A stretch of 55,405 nucleotides of DNA from Exilispira sp. (GTDB lineage Bacteria; Spirochaetota; JAAYUW01), in the NCBI GenBank assembly GCA_012517545.1, contig JAAYUW010000153.1:1-55405 (forward strand). The letters run 5' to 3'. This document shows positions 1 to 10,512 of this stretch, piece after piece; within the stretch, counting starts at the first letter, position 1, and each line of letters begins with the position of its first letter. The position numbers and the translations under genes were made by a program. The notes under the pieces are model-generated. The model was not told the DNA's origin. It saw only the letters and a program-made list of their open reading frames with translations, and made no database searches.

Positions 1-3000
1 TAAAGATATTATTTACATTCATAACAGAGTCAAATAGCTTTCTTTTCTTTTCTTGAAGTTGAATTATCTTTTCTTCAATAGTGTCTTTAGATATTAGCTT
101 GTATACATTGACAGTCTTATGCTGCCCAATTCTATGAGCTCTATCTATTGCTTGCATTTCAACCATAGGATTCCACCATGGATCGAATATTATAACTATA
201 TCAGCTTCAGGCAGATTTAAACCATAGCTTCCAGCGCGAAGACTGATTAAAAAAATCGGAATATCTGTCTCTCTAAACTTTTGAACTTCATCCTTTCTTT
301 TTATCTCATGAGTAGAACCATCAAGGTATGAGTAATCAAATGAAAGCGATTCTATCTCTCTTCTCAGAATTGACAGCATTTGAGTAAATTGAGAAAAAAT
401 AAGAATCTTGTGCCCCGCATCAACTGATTCTATTAGAATTTCTTTTAACAGCTCTGTTTTGCCTGACATCTCTTCACCTTCAAGATATGATTTATCAATA
501 AGACCAGGGTGATTTGCAATCTGGCGTAGTTTAAGAAGCGCTGCGAGTACATGAATTTTAGATTTCTGCAGCCCTTCTTTTCTAATTCTACTCATGACAC
601 TCTCGCTGACCTCAATAAGTATATCCTGGTATAAATTCTTTTGAGTGGGGGAAAGTTCAGCTTCAAAAGTCTGTATAATTTTAGGCGGTAATTCTTTTAA
701 AACATCTATCTTATTCCTTCGTAAAACAAAAGGAGAGATCCTGGATTTTAGCTCTTCCAATCTTGATTCAGAAAAATTATCAACATAGTAATCTTTGAAT
801 GGTTTAAATTTACCAAGTAACATTGGTGAAACAAAGGAAAAAATTGACCAGAGTTCAACTAGATTATTCTCAACAGGTGTCCCGGTTAAAACAAATTTGT
901 GATTTCCTGAAAGTTGTTTTACAGCATTTGATACATTTGTATTAGGATTTTTAATATGATTTGCTTCGTCAAGAACAATAACTTCAAAGTCATAAATCTG
1001 GTACATTTCAACATCATTTCGTAAAAGTGAATAAGATGTTACAATAATTTCATATCTATTGATATGAGAGATAAAAGTTTTTCTATCGTTTATATTGCCC
1101 TTAATAACAAGAACTTTTGTATTTGGAAAAAATTTATTAATTTCATTTTGCCAGTTAAATAAAAGAGAAGTAGGGCAAACAATAAGTGACGGTTTAGCGG
1201 AATCAAGACTTTTAATAAAGGTGAGAACCTGTACTGTTTTCCCAAGCCCCATATCATCGGCCAGTATACCACCAAAGTTGAATTCTTTAAGAAAGTGAAA
1301 CCAGAAAAAGCCAAATTTTTGATATGGTCTTAAAACATCTTTAACTTCATTAGGAATTGAAACTTTCTTTTTGAATATTGAAATATCTTGATTTTTAACA
1401 AAAGCATCACGTACAGTTATCATTTTTTCTAATTTTTGCGGTAATGTAAAAGATACTTTTGTATCTGGTGAAGTTTGAAGTATTTTGTTTATCTCATCAT
1501 ATACGTAAAGAAAATGTGAGATATCAATTTTGGTGATAAATTGGTTTGGTAACTTTTTTACATTCAGGGCAACAGATGCCAGTATATTTTTTAATTGCCT
1601 TATTTCATTGTAATTTTCTATGGCTGTTGTAGTTCCTTCAATTTCAATGAAACGCTTATTGGATTGTATCTTTTCAATCGAATCTGAATCTATTTTATAG
1701 CCATTTGTTAAATAGTAGTATTCATGGATCTTTAAATCTTGTGGTTCATTTTCCTCAAATTCTATATTGAGTTCAACAGTAATATAGTTCTTTTCAATCA
1801 TTATTTTTTTAAATTCATCAGAGAAAAATATTTCACCTTCGCTTCTTAGTTTATTTAACCCTTCTTCAAGAAAGCTCTTGAATCGTATTTTATCTTTCTG
1901 GACGAATTTATTATCTTCATAGGTAAAATTATATTGCTTTAATATAATAAAGATCTTCTTTTCCTGCAACAAATTTCGTTTGCAGATGTAATATTTGTTA
2001 TTTTTGTAAAGTGTCATGTAAATATTTTCAGAGGAACCAAATTTAAAATCGATAATTGAAGGAGTCTCCTCATCACAATAGATGGCAATATCAGGTTTTA
2101 TGGTAATATTTCCGTCATAATCACAAAAAAACGAATAATTGTACTTGCTAGCATTTTCAAGATTTACAGTTCCACTAAAATCAATATCAAATGAATTTGA
2201 AATTCTTGGAATAATATCATAATAAAAATCTGCTATTTCAGACTGTTCAAGTTTTATGTAATCATTATACAAAAAGTTCCATACTATTTCAGGAAGTTTT
2301 ATCCTTAAAGGAAATAGAATATTTTCTTTTAAAATCCATTGATGGAAGTTGCCATCAATAATTTGAAGTGGTTTATCAAACTTAACATTAACCAATCCAT
2401 TTTCTTCAGTATATCTAACAACGAGTTTAGGTTTTAAATAATCTTTAGAAACTTCAAACTTTGTATTGTTTGAAGATACATATAGCTCAGGAAAATCTGA
2501 AACTAACTTTATAAATTGATCAACCTTGTCTTTAGGAATCAAGAAATCCTCTTCAGGTATATGTTCAAACCAATCTTGAAGAGTTTTTATTATTAATCTA
2601 TCTTTCATTGGAAAGAGAGTGTAGTTAAAGTTTCTTTGTTCATCCCATTTTTCATTGTATGAAATATCTGTATAAAAATTTATGGGATCATCACCTTTAT
2701 AAAAATTAAGTCTGAATCTGAGTTCATTATTGAAGAATTCATCCAGTATTAAAAATAATTTGACGGAATATCTTTCACTTATTCTATGTGTGGATTTAAA
2801 AAAACGGCTTTTAGCTATTTGTCGTTTATAATCTTTAAAATTATTGTCATTTAAGGAATTATCGTCATTTAAAAATAATTTTTGATCATTCAAAAATTTA
2901 AATACTAATGCAGCTCTATGCGAACAAAAATCGTTGTAATCTTCACAGGTACAATAGGATGTCGATACTGAATTATCGGTAAGTCTTATAACTACTTCAG

Positions 3001-3166
3001 GATAAAAAGATTTTTCATCAATAGTTATGGTTCCCTTTAGTAAAAGAGAAGAATCTGAAATCTGAGAAATATCAAATTCTTTAATTAAATTCTTAGTAAA
3101 ATAGTTTTCTCCAGTTTCGATAATGATTTTTTCTTGAATTGAATCAAATAAACCAAGATCAAGCAA
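1..3166 (-). CDS. SNF2-family helicase with N-terminal SWIM zinc finger; 3' end lies outside the window
   Basis: My own minus-strand translation is open from a TTG at 3166-3164 (AAAGGAG Shine-Dalgarno 8 nt upstream) down to position 2. It shows a SWIM CxC..CxH motif ('YCTCEDYNDFCSH'), SNF2 motif I 'LADDMGLGKT', motif II 'VLDEANHIKN' and motif VI 'QAIDRAHRIGQ'. It is missing from the ORF track because it has no stop codon in the window. Confidence 0.85.
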   Translation of the reverse strand, partial: MLDLGLFDSIQEKIIIETGENYFTKNLIKEFDISQISDSSLLLKGTITIDEKSFYPEVVIRLTDNSVSTSYCTCEDYNDFCSHRAALVFKFLNDQKLFLNDDNSLNDNNFKDYKRQIAKSRFFKSTHRISERYSVKLFLILDEFFNNELRFRLNFYKGDDPINFYTDISYNEKWDEQRNFNYTLFPMKDRLIIKTLQDWFEHIPEEDFLIPKDKVDQFIKLVSDFPELYVSSNNTKFEVSKDYLKPKLVVRYTEENGLVNVKFDKPLQIIDGNFHQWILKENILFPLRIKLPEIVWNFLYNDYIKLEQSEIADFYYDIIPRISNSFDIDFSGTVNLENASKYNYSFFCDYDGNITIKPDIAIYCDEETPSIIDFKFGSSENIYMTLYKNNKYYICKRNLLQEKKIFIILKQYNFTYEDNKFVQKDKIRFKSFLEEGLNKLRSEGEIFFSDEFKKIMIEKNYITVELNIEFEENEPQDLKIHEYYYLTNGYKIDSDSIEKIQSNKRFIEIEGTTTAIENYNEIRQLKNILASVALNVKKLPNQFITKIDISHFLYVYDEINKILQTSPDTKVSFTLPQKLEKMITVRDAFVKNQDISIFKKKVSIPNEVKDVLRPYQKFGFFWFHFLKEFNFGGILADDMGLGKTVQVLTFIKSLDSAKPSLIVCPTSLLFNWQNEINKFFPNTKVLVIKGNINDRKTFISHINRYEIIVTSYSLLRNDVEMYQIYDFEVIVLDEANHIKNPNTNVSNAVKQLSGNHKFVLTGTPVENNLVELWSIFSFVSPMLLGKFKPFKDYYVDNFSESRLEELKSRISPFVLRRNKIDVLKELPPKIIQTFEAELSPTQKNLYQDILIEVSESVMSRIRKEGLQKSKIHVLAALLKLRQIANHPGLIDKSYLEGEEMSGKTELLKEILIESVDAGHKILIFSQFTQMLSILRREIESLSFDYSYLDGSTHEIKRKDEVQKFRETDIPIFLISLRAGSYGLNLPEADIVIIFDPWWNPMVEMQAIDRAHRIGQHKTVNVYKLISKDTIEEKIIQLQEKKRKLFDSVMNVNNIF

Positions 3167-3433
3167 TTTAAAAACTCCTTTAAATTTTGAGCATTTTTTT
3201 TAAAATAAGATTATAAAAAAAGAAATATCAAAAATAATAATTACACTTTGTAGAGTTAAATTAAGGGAAAATAGGTTTCTAATTTATAAATAAAAAAACA
3301 CTCATATTTTTATACTATATAAAATAATATAGTCAATAAGAAATTTGCTAAATTTTTTATTGATAGAAAATTATTTAATTTTGATAAAAATAAGTTAATA
3401 TATATGCAGTTATCAAAGTTAAGAGGTAATTAG

Positions 3434-5251
3434 ATGTTTGATATTATAGTCTGCGGAGCTGGACACGCTGGACTTGAAGCTTCTTATGTAGCTTCTAAAT
3501 TTGATTTGAGAATTGCATTAATAACAATGAACTATGATACTATTGCTCAAATATCCTGCAATCCTTCAATAGGAGGAATATCAAAAGGGATTGTTGTGAA
3601 GGATCTTGATGCTCTTGGTGGACTTATGCCTCAAATTTCCGATAAAGCTGCTATTCAGTTTAAAAAATTGAATACTAAAAAAGGTCCTGCAATGCAGGCT
3701 ATTAGACACCAGATTGATAAATATTACTATTCAAAGTTAGCCACAGAGTTTATTTCAAGAATTCCAAATATAACAATAATTCAGGATGAAATCACAAATA
3801 TTTTGTTAGATAAAAATGAAATTAAAGGTATCGAAACAAAAAGAGGAATGCAATACATTTGTAAATCTTTGATAATTACAAGCGGTACATTTTTAAATGG
3901 GAAAATTTTCATAGGTAAATATAGTTCTGATAATGGTAGATTGGGTGAGTTTGCATCAAAAGATCTTTCTGGATCCCTGAAAGACATGGGCATAAGATTA
4001 AAAAGGTTTAAAACAGGAACTCCAGCAAGAGTAAAGAAATCAAGCATTAACTTTGAAAAGCTTGAAAAACAATACGGTAGTGAAAAACCTTTATTTTTTT
4101 CAATAAAATCGTATATAAATAATGAAAAAAATTTACCACAACTTCCATGTTATCTTGTTCATACAAATGAAAAGACAAAAAAGATAATTATAGAACATAA
4201 AAATGATATTGCTTTATACTCAGGTATGATCTCAGGGATAGGCCCAAGATATTGTCCTTCATTTGAAGATAAGGTTTTTAAATTTGCTGATAAGGAAAAG
4301 CACCAGATTTTTATAGAACCCGAGGGCATAGATGCTGAAACCATGTACTTGAATGGTATTTCAACTTCGCTGGCTGAAAAATATCAAAAAGATTTATTAC
4401 AAACAATTGAAGGATTTGAAAATATAGAAATAATTAAACCTGCATATGCAGTGGAGTACGATATTATTGACCCGGTACAATTAAAACATACTCTTGAATT
4501 AAAGAATATTCACAATCTTTTTTTTGCCGGACAGATTAATGGAACTTCTGGTTATGAAGAAGCTGCAGGTCAGGGTTTTGTTGCAGGCTTAAATTCTGCT
4601 CTTTCTGTTATGAATATTGAACAAGTTACTATTAAAAGGGAAGAATCCTACATAGGTGTGATGATAGATGATATTATAACTAAAAGCGTTGATGAACCTT
4701 ACAGATTGTTTACTGCAAGAGCTGAAGCTAGACTTGAACTTAGAAATGACAATGCTTATGAAAGATTGTCAAAATTTAATAAAAATTATCCATTATTAGA
4801 TAAAGACACAAAGAGAATTATCGAAGAACAGATCTCTCTTAAAAGAAAAATACTTTTGTCAAAAGATAGCACAGTTTTATTTAATGAAAAAAAAACTACA
4901 ATTGATAAAATAATTAAACAAAATGTTCTAAATTTTGAAGATTTTGAAAAATTGTATATTCATGAAAATTTATTTTCAGATTTTGCTGAATCAATTTTCC
5001 TTGAAATAAAATATGAAGGATACATTGAGCATGAAAAGCAGATAGTAGAAAGAATAAAAAATAGAAAAAATTTTAATATTCCGGAAGATTTTGATTTTAC
5101 AGCAATAAAAACATTGTCGATCGAAACAAAACAAAGAATATTGAAATATAAACCAAAAACATTTTATGAATTGCTTAATATTCCCGGCATTAAACCAACC
5201 GACCTCATTTCTATAGAGATTTCACTAAGAAAAATAAGTAGAATAAATTAA
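3434..5251 (+). CDS. mnmG: tRNA uridine-5-carboxymethylaminomethyl modification enzyme MnmG (GidA)
   Basis: 605 aa. N-terminal FAD motif 'DIIVCGAGHAGLEAS' and typical MnmG length and layout. AAGAGG Shine-Dalgarno upstream of the ATG. Confidence 0.97.
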   Translation: MFDIIVCGAGHAGLEASYVASKFDLRIALITMNYDTIAQISCNPSIGGISKGIVVKDLDALGGLMPQISDKAAIQFKKLNTKKGPAMQAIRHQIDKYYYSKLATEFISRIPNITIIQDEITNILLDKNEIKGIETKRGMQYICKSLIITSGTFLNGKIFIGKYSSDNGRLGEFASKDLSGSLKDMGIRLKRFKTGTPARVKKSSINFEKLEKQYGSEKPLFFSIKSYINNEKNLPQLPCYLVHTNEKTKKIIIEHKNDIALYSGMISGIGPRYCPSFEDKVFKFADKEKHQIFIEPEGIDAETMYLNGISTSLAEKYQKDLLQTIEGFENIEIIKPAYAVEYDIIDPVQLKHTLELKNIHNLFFAGQINGTSGYEEAAGQGFVAGLNSALSVMNIEQVTIKREESYIGVMIDDIITKSVDEPYRLFTARAEARLELRNDNAYERLSKFNKNYPLLDKDTKRIIEEQISLKRKILLSKDSTVLFNEKKTTIDKIIKQNVLNFEDFEKLYIHENLFSDFAESIFLEIKYEGYIEHEKQIVERIKNRKNFNIPEDFDFTAIKTLSIETKQRILKYKPKTFYELLNIPGIKPTDLISIEISLRKISRIN

Positions 5252-5335
5252 TAAATTATATAATATCCAGATAAGATTTTGTGTATCTATATGAAAAATC
5301 TGATTTTTCGCAATTCTGATTAAATTGATAAAGAA

Positions 5336-5351
5336 TGTTACACGTGAAACA
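5336..5351. promoter_or_regulatory. parS centromere-like ParB binding site
   Basis: The 16-mer TGTTACACGTGAAACA matches the conserved bacterial parS consensus TGTTNCACGTGAAACA at every specified position. It lies just upstream of rsmG-parA-parB. Confidence 0.8.
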
Positions 5352-5364
5352 TTTTAAGGTTAAA

Positions 5365-6093
5365 ATGAAAATACAAAGAAAACATTTAATTCAATTAATG
5401 AACCCATTCATTGACGATTTTGAATATTATAAAAATGCAATATTAGAGAATAATGTAAAATATAATTTGACTTCGATCAAAAGTGATGATTTTTATGAAA
5501 AACACTTTTTGGATTCATTGTCCATTTACCCTTTATTGATAAGTGAATCATACAATTCTGGAAATATTCAAAAAAAAAGCTCCTTGGCGGAAAATAACGA
5601 GGAAGAATTTTATTATGAAATTATTCAAAATATGTCTGATTTTGCTGATGAATTATCAAAATTAAAAATAGCTGATGTTGGATCTGGTGCAGGTTTCCCA
5701 TCGATTCCATTATTGATAGTTAATAAAAATTTAAATATTACCATGATAGAATCGAATCATAAGAAATCAGATTTTTTATTATCGATAATTGATCATTATT
5801 CATTTGAAAAAGCAAGAGTAATCTGTTCAAATGTTAAAGAAGTAAAAGAGAAATTTGATATTATTGTCTTTCGTGCTTTCGCATCGATTGAATATTTTTT
5901 AAAGATCTCCAGATCTATTTTTTCCAGTAATGCTAAAATATTTGCCATGAAAGGTAAAAAAAGTGAAATAGATAATGAAATTTTAGTTGTAAAAAATATA
6001 AAATTGTGTGATAACTTAAAAGGGGTAAAATATCACGAAGTGATAGGTTTTGACTTTGAAAGAAATATTGTGGAGTTGATATGGGGAAAATAA
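5365..6093 (+). CDS. rsmG: 16S rRNA (guanine527-N7)-methyltransferase RsmG (GidB), with an internal insertion
   Basis: 'HFLDSLS' and the SAM motif 'DVGSGAGFPSIPL' are present, and the gene sits in the classical mnmG-rsmG position. The track ORF starts at 5335, but that ATG overlaps the parS site. The ATG at 5365 has an AAGG 5 nt upstream, so the start is uncertain. Confidence 0.85.
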   Translation: MKIQRKHLIQLMNPFIDDFEYYKNAILENNVKYNLTSIKSDDFYEKHFLDSLSIYPLLISESYNSGNIQKKSSLAENNEEEFYYEIIQNMSDFADELSKLKIADVGSGAGFPSIPLLIVNKNLNITMIESNHKKSDFLLSIIDHYSFEKARVICSNVKEVKEKFDIIVFRAFASIEYFLKISRSIFSSNAKIFAMKGKKSEIDNEILVVKNIKLCDNLKGVKYHEVIGFDFERNIVELIWGK

Positions 6094-6848
6094 TTACTGT
6101 CAGTAATCAAAAAGGTGGTGTCGGCAAAACGACCACTATAATTAACCTTGCAGCAGCTTTAACGGCAATGAAAAAAGATATTCTTGTTGTGGATCTGGAC
6201 CCACAGGGCAATGCTACCTCCGGTCTTGGTTTCGAAATTAGTGATTCACATCCCACCATATATAATGCACTGATGGAGCAGATACCTATAAAGGATGTAA
6301 TTATCAATCAAAATGGTATATATCTAACTCCAGCAAATATTCATTTGAGTGGTGCCCTCGTTGAACTTATTAATGAACCTAAAAGAGAGTACAAGTTAAA
6401 GAACATAATTTATCCCTTAAAAAACGATTATGATTTTATTTTTATCGATACTCCTCCCTCATTAGGTTTATTGACTATAAATGCCTTAGCTGCTTCCGAC
6501 GAAGTTTTAATACCTGTCCAATGTGAGTTTTTTGCTCTGGAAGGGTTAAGTCAGCTTTTAAAAACGATCAAAATGGTTCAGAATACTTCAAACAATCAGT
6601 TGTTACTTAATGGTGTCGTTTTAACCATGTATGATACCAGGACTAATTTATCGAAAGAAGTCCATGAAGAAGTAAAAAAATATTTTGAATCAAAATTATA
6701 CAAGACAATGATCCCGCGAAATATCTCGATTCCAGAATCATCATCTCATGGAGTATCTGTGCTTCAGTATGAACCAAAATCAGCTGGAGCTATCGCATAT
6801 TGGAATTTAGCTAAAGAAATCCTTCAACAGACAACTTTAGGAGCATAA
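6081..6848 (+). CDS. parA: Chromosome partitioning ATPase ParA/Soj
   Basis: Deviant Walker A 'NQKGGVGKTTT' and 'IFIDTPPSLG'. 255 aa. Overlaps the rsmG 3' end by 13 nt. Confidence 0.95.
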   Translation: MGKIITVSNQKGGVGKTTTIINLAAALTAMKKDILVVDLDPQGNATSGLGFEISDSHPTIYNALMEQIPIKDVIINQNGIYLTPANIHLSGALVELINEPKREYKLKNIIYPLKNDYDFIFIDTPPSLGLLTINALAASDEVLIPVQCEFFALEGLSQLLKTIKMVQNTSNNQLLLNGVVLTMYDTRTNLSKEVHEEVKKYFESKLYKTMIPRNISIPESSSHGVSVLQYEPKSAGAIAYWNLAKEILQQTTLGA

Positions 6849-6850
6849 TA

Positions 6851-7714
6851 ATGACAAAGAAAGCTTTGGGTAAAGGCCTTGATGCCTTATTCTCCAGTGA
6901 AGTATCGGTAAATGAATATGATGAAAATTTTTCACATGATAATATACGATACATTCAGATAGATCAAATAATTCCAAATCCCGATCAACCTCGAAAAACA
7001 ATCGATACTGATGAACTAAATGAACTTGCTGAATCAATTAAAGAAAAAGGGATATTGCAACCAATTCTTTTAACTCCCCATAATGGTAATTATATGATAA
7101 TAGCAGGTGAAAGAAGATTTCTAGCTGCAAAAAAAGCTCAGCTGACAAAGATACCTGCAATTATAAAATCATTTTCAGACGAAGAAATGCTTGAAATCGC
7201 ATTGATTGAAAATATTCAGAGAAAAGATCTCAACCCTATAGAAGAAGCCATCGCAATATCTCAAATTATTGAAAAAGGCTCATATACTCATGAAGATATT
7301 GCAAAAAGACTTGGTAAAAGTCGAGTCTATGTTACGAATGTCACAAGATTATTAAGACTTCCAATGTCAATTAAAACAAAATTATTAGAAGGAAAAATAA
7401 CAAGAGGCCATGCAATGCCTCTTTTACAAATCGATGATGAAGCAATAGTACAGGAAATAGCCGATAAAGTTATTAATGAAGGACTATCAGTTCGAGAGAC
7501 AGAAGAATTGGTGAAAAAATATTCAAAGGGTGAAAATACCCCTAAAAAAGAGGTAAAGAGCAAAGAATCTCAGACTGATCCATTTATAAAAGAAATTGAA
7601 GAGAAATTATCATACAAATTTGATACAAAAGTTAAGATAAATGGATCCCTTGAAAAAGGCAAAATAGTTATTGAATACTTTACGAGAGATCAACTTGAAA
7701 AACTCTTGAGCTAG
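6851..7714 (+). CDS. parB: Chromosome partitioning protein ParB/Spo0J
   Basis: ParB-box 'IAGERRFLAAK', an HTH region and a 'NPDQPRK' N-terminal motif. Starts 2 nt after the parA stop. Confidence 0.95.
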   Translation: MTKKALGKGLDALFSSEVSVNEYDENFSHDNIRYIQIDQIIPNPDQPRKTIDTDELNELAESIKEKGILQPILLTPHNGNYMIIAGERRFLAAKKAQLTKIPAIIKSFSDEEMLEIALIENIQRKDLNPIEEAIAISQIIEKGSYTHEDIAKRLGKSRVYVTNVTRLLRLPMSIKTKLLEGKITRGHAMPLLQIDDEAIVQEIADKVINEGLSVRETEELVKKYSKGENTPKKEVKSKESQTDPFIKEIEEKLSYKFDTKVKINGSLEKGKIVIEYFTRDQLEKLLS

Positions 7715-7783
7715 AATATTTTTATCAGTGTAATTATCAGTTTGTATAAAAAAAGATTCTAAACGAGCAACATTAAATTAACA

Positions 7784-8596
7784 TTAAAACTTTTTTAACC
7801 AATCTGTTGATGAATACTTTTTATACAACTCCTTTTCAACCAGATCATTTTCATATTCTGACAGACTGGATTTAATAAATTCAATATTTAGAGTTTTTTC
7901 AAAACCTGATACAAAAAAACTAATTATCTGATCAATAGTTAGTTTTTGGTCTATTTCGTCGAAAATTGCGGTTGCTTTTGACTTGAAAAGACTTTTCATC
8001 TTCAATTTAACTTCATCGGATGGAAATTTGAAACAATCAAATAGTTTATCGACATTGAATGTCAAAGGGATAGATCCGTGTTGTAAAAATCCATTTTGAA
8101 ATCTCTTTTGAGCTGAACCAATGATTTTTTTCCCATTAACAGTTATTTCATATATTGATGGTGTTTCAAAACAAACACTTGAAGGTTTTAAATCTCCGTT
8201 CCCATTTAATTTATTCATCTGTGCATCGATACGCATATTCTTCAAACCAGCAGCTAGTGCTTGAGCAACGATTTTGTATGAGCTTATAACATCCTCTTTA
8301 AAAAAAGGGCTTGATGCCGGGATACAAAATGAATAAGTTACTTCATCATCGTGAAGCACTGCTTTACCGCCGGTTATTCTGCGAACTATTCCAAGATCCC
8401 ATTTTATCAAACCGTCAGGATTTACCTCTTTCTCATATTTTTGGAAATAACCGAGTGAAAGTGTAGAAGGCTTCCAGCGGTAAAATCTAAGCGTTGGTAA
8501 ACTTAAGTTTTCAGAAACAGCGCGGGCAATAGCTTCATCAATCGCCATGTTTTTAAAGGAATCAAAAGCATCGTCTATAATCAGTCGAAAATTCAT
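7784..8596 (-). CDS. Lipoate-protein ligase family protein (LplA/LipM-type catalytic domain only)
   Basis: 'RRITGGKAVLHDDEVTYS' and 'GKKIIGSAQKR' match lipoyl/octanoyl transferase motifs. The track start at 8620 is a TTG. The ATG at 8596 is preceded by AAGGA, so I prefer it. Confidence 0.85.
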   Translation of the reverse strand: MNFRLIIDDAFDSFKNMAIDEAIARAVSENLSLPTLRFYRWKPSTLSLGYFQKYEKEVNPDGLIKWDLGIVRRITGGKAVLHDDEVTYSFCIPASSPFFKEDVISSYKIVAQALAAGLKNMRIDAQMNKLNGNGDLKPSSVCFETPSIYEITVNGKKIIGSAQKRFQNGFLQHGSIPLTFNVDKLFDCFKFPSDEVKLKMKSLFKSKATAIFDEIDQKLTIDQIISFFVSGFEKTLNIEFIKSSLSEYENDLVEKELYKKYSSTDWLKKF

Positions 8597-8846
8597 TCTT
8601 ATCCTTTGTTTATTATACAATTATTTTTAAACTAAAGACAAATCTTCTGATAAGCAAATTATTCTCTAACATAAGGTAAAAAAATTATTTTAAAGAAAGT
8701 ATGCTTTCAAAAATTTAATTTAAATAATCTTGGAGTATAGGAAATATATTAAACAGAAATTTCTATTCTACTATTGCTAAAAAAAAATTCTATTTTTGTA
8801 ATTTTTCAAAACTTAATGACTATTATTTTAATAAAGGAGCTTTAAA

Positions 8847-9089
8847 ATGAGTATCAAAGAATTGGTCTATTTCAATCTTTATCTTCAACGCTTAGGCTAT
8901 ACACCCTATATGTCTCAACTTATGACCTTTGTTATCTACAATTTTTGTTCACGAATAAAAAAAGATCCGAATGCAATAAATTTCTTTGACGTTAAAGCCT
9001 ATCTATCAAGAAATTTTATCTCTGATTTTGAAATGGAATCCATTAAAATATTTTTGATCAAATATCTTGGGAAGCAGATGGAAATATAA
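8847..9089 (+). CDS. Hypothetical 80-aa protein
   Basis: Strong AAAGGAG Shine-Dalgarno 7 nt upstream of the ATG. No confident family. There is a faint resemblance to the SAM-like N-terminal domain of tyrosine recombinases (F..YL...G.....L..F............V..YL). Confidence 0.4.
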   Translation: MSIKELVYFNLYLQRLGYTPYMSQLMTFVIYNFCSRIKKDPNAINFFDVKAYLSRNFISDFEMESIKIFLIKYLGKQMEI

Positions 9090-9156
9090 AAATAACCAGC
9101 AATTAGTTTACTTTAAACCCGGTCAACTTAGCCTTCTCCAATAATAAAAATATAAA

Positions 9157-9227
<71 letters not shown>

Positions 9228-9688
9228 CTGTATAAAATATATTAGCTAAAACAAATATGTCAAGATTGTTATTATCACTTTGATTTCGCATTAATCTTGT
9301 TCTGGCAACAACTTCAGAAATAAGATTTATATAATTTTTGAGTTGTTCAACCTTATTTTAAATTATTTATACTAAAATTGAAGATTTATCTTTTCTATTC
9401 AGATAGGCAGGAGTGATCAGGACTTTAGAAATTTTTATAAGCTATGATTATTGCTATGAAGTACTTTATTATATGTAGAACAGTTTATTTTGCGATAAAT
9501 CTAAGTGTTTTGTACTTAGCTTATTATTAAAATAAATATGGAAATTTAGGCGATCTGTAATATAATACTGTGAGAAGGCAAAGCTAAAATGAAAAAGAAT
9601 AATTTAAAATTTTCATAAACAATAAAACATAAAATAGATAATGCATACTCCTAAATTGATTAAGAAACTTAAAACAATGGAAAAATAA

Positions 9689-10447
9689 ATGAATATATAC
9701 TCACTTGAAAAGATTCTATCTGAGCTATATAATTTTGCGACCTTTGAGGATTATTGTAAAAATGGCTTACAGGTGGAAGGTTCCCTTGAAGTTGAAAAAG
9801 TGCTTTTAGCTGTCAGTTTTAACCAGAAGGTCATAGAAAAGGCAAAAGAAATAAAAGCAGATACTATAATTGTTCATCATGGAATTTTTGGGAAAAATTA
9901 TTTTTCGTTAATTGGAGTGCAAAAAAAAAGAATTGCTTCTCTATTGCTAAATAATATTAATCTTATCGGGATTCATCTACCAATGGATGCTCACCCAACT
10001 CTGGGTCATAATGCGATTTTATCAAAACTTATAGGACTGGATGATATAGAAAAATTCGAATTCGGGTTTATTGGAAAAAATAAAAATAAATATTCTGTTT
10101 CAATGATGGCAGAAATCATCGACAAATATATTTTTAATAAAACCAGGTTCTCTAATAGTGCTAATTTCAAAATGATTGGGGATAATAATAGAGTCCCAAA
10201 ATTGGTTACTATAATAAGCGGGAGTTCCGATAATTGTCTTGAAGGTGCGATAAAATCTGGAAGTCAACTTTTTATCTCTGGTATGATAAGCGAGCAAACG
10301 CCAGCAATTTGTGAAGAATCTTCAACCGGTTTTTTAGCTTTAGGACATTATTTTACAGAGATTGCTGGTATATTAGCTTTATCAGAATACCTGAATGGCA
10401 AATACAATCTAAACTGTGAAGTCGCAATTTTGCCTAATACGATTTAG
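9689..10447 (+). CDS. Nif3-like dinuclear metal centre protein (YbgI/NIF3 family)
   Basis: 252 aa. 'ADTIIVHHGIF' and 'IHLPMDAHP' are typical of the NIF3 family. Confidence 0.85.
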   Translation: MNIYSLEKILSELYNFATFEDYCKNGLQVEGSLEVEKVLLAVSFNQKVIEKAKEIKADTIIVHHGIFGKNYFSLIGVQKKRIASLLLNNINLIGIHLPMDAHPTLGHNAILSKLIGLDDIEKFEFGFIGKNKNKYSVSMMAEIIDKYIFNKTRFSNSANFKMIGDNNRVPKLVTIISGSSDNCLEGAIKSGSQLFISGMISEQTPAICEESSTGFLALGHYFTEIAGILALSEYLNGKYNLNCEVAILPNTI

Positions 10448-10512
10448 TTGATTATTAATATATTATGCATCAATAAAAATTTATAATAGAGAGAAAAAAA
10501 AGAGGTGATAAT

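Noticed and set aside
3167-3433. Possible oriC in the AT-rich spacer beside mnmG-rsmG-parAB.
   Set aside because: I found no TTATCCACA-type DnaA boxes here and no dnaA or dnaN gene in the window. The closest 9-mer anywhere is a 7/9 match near 10770. The region is explained adequately as divergent promoters.
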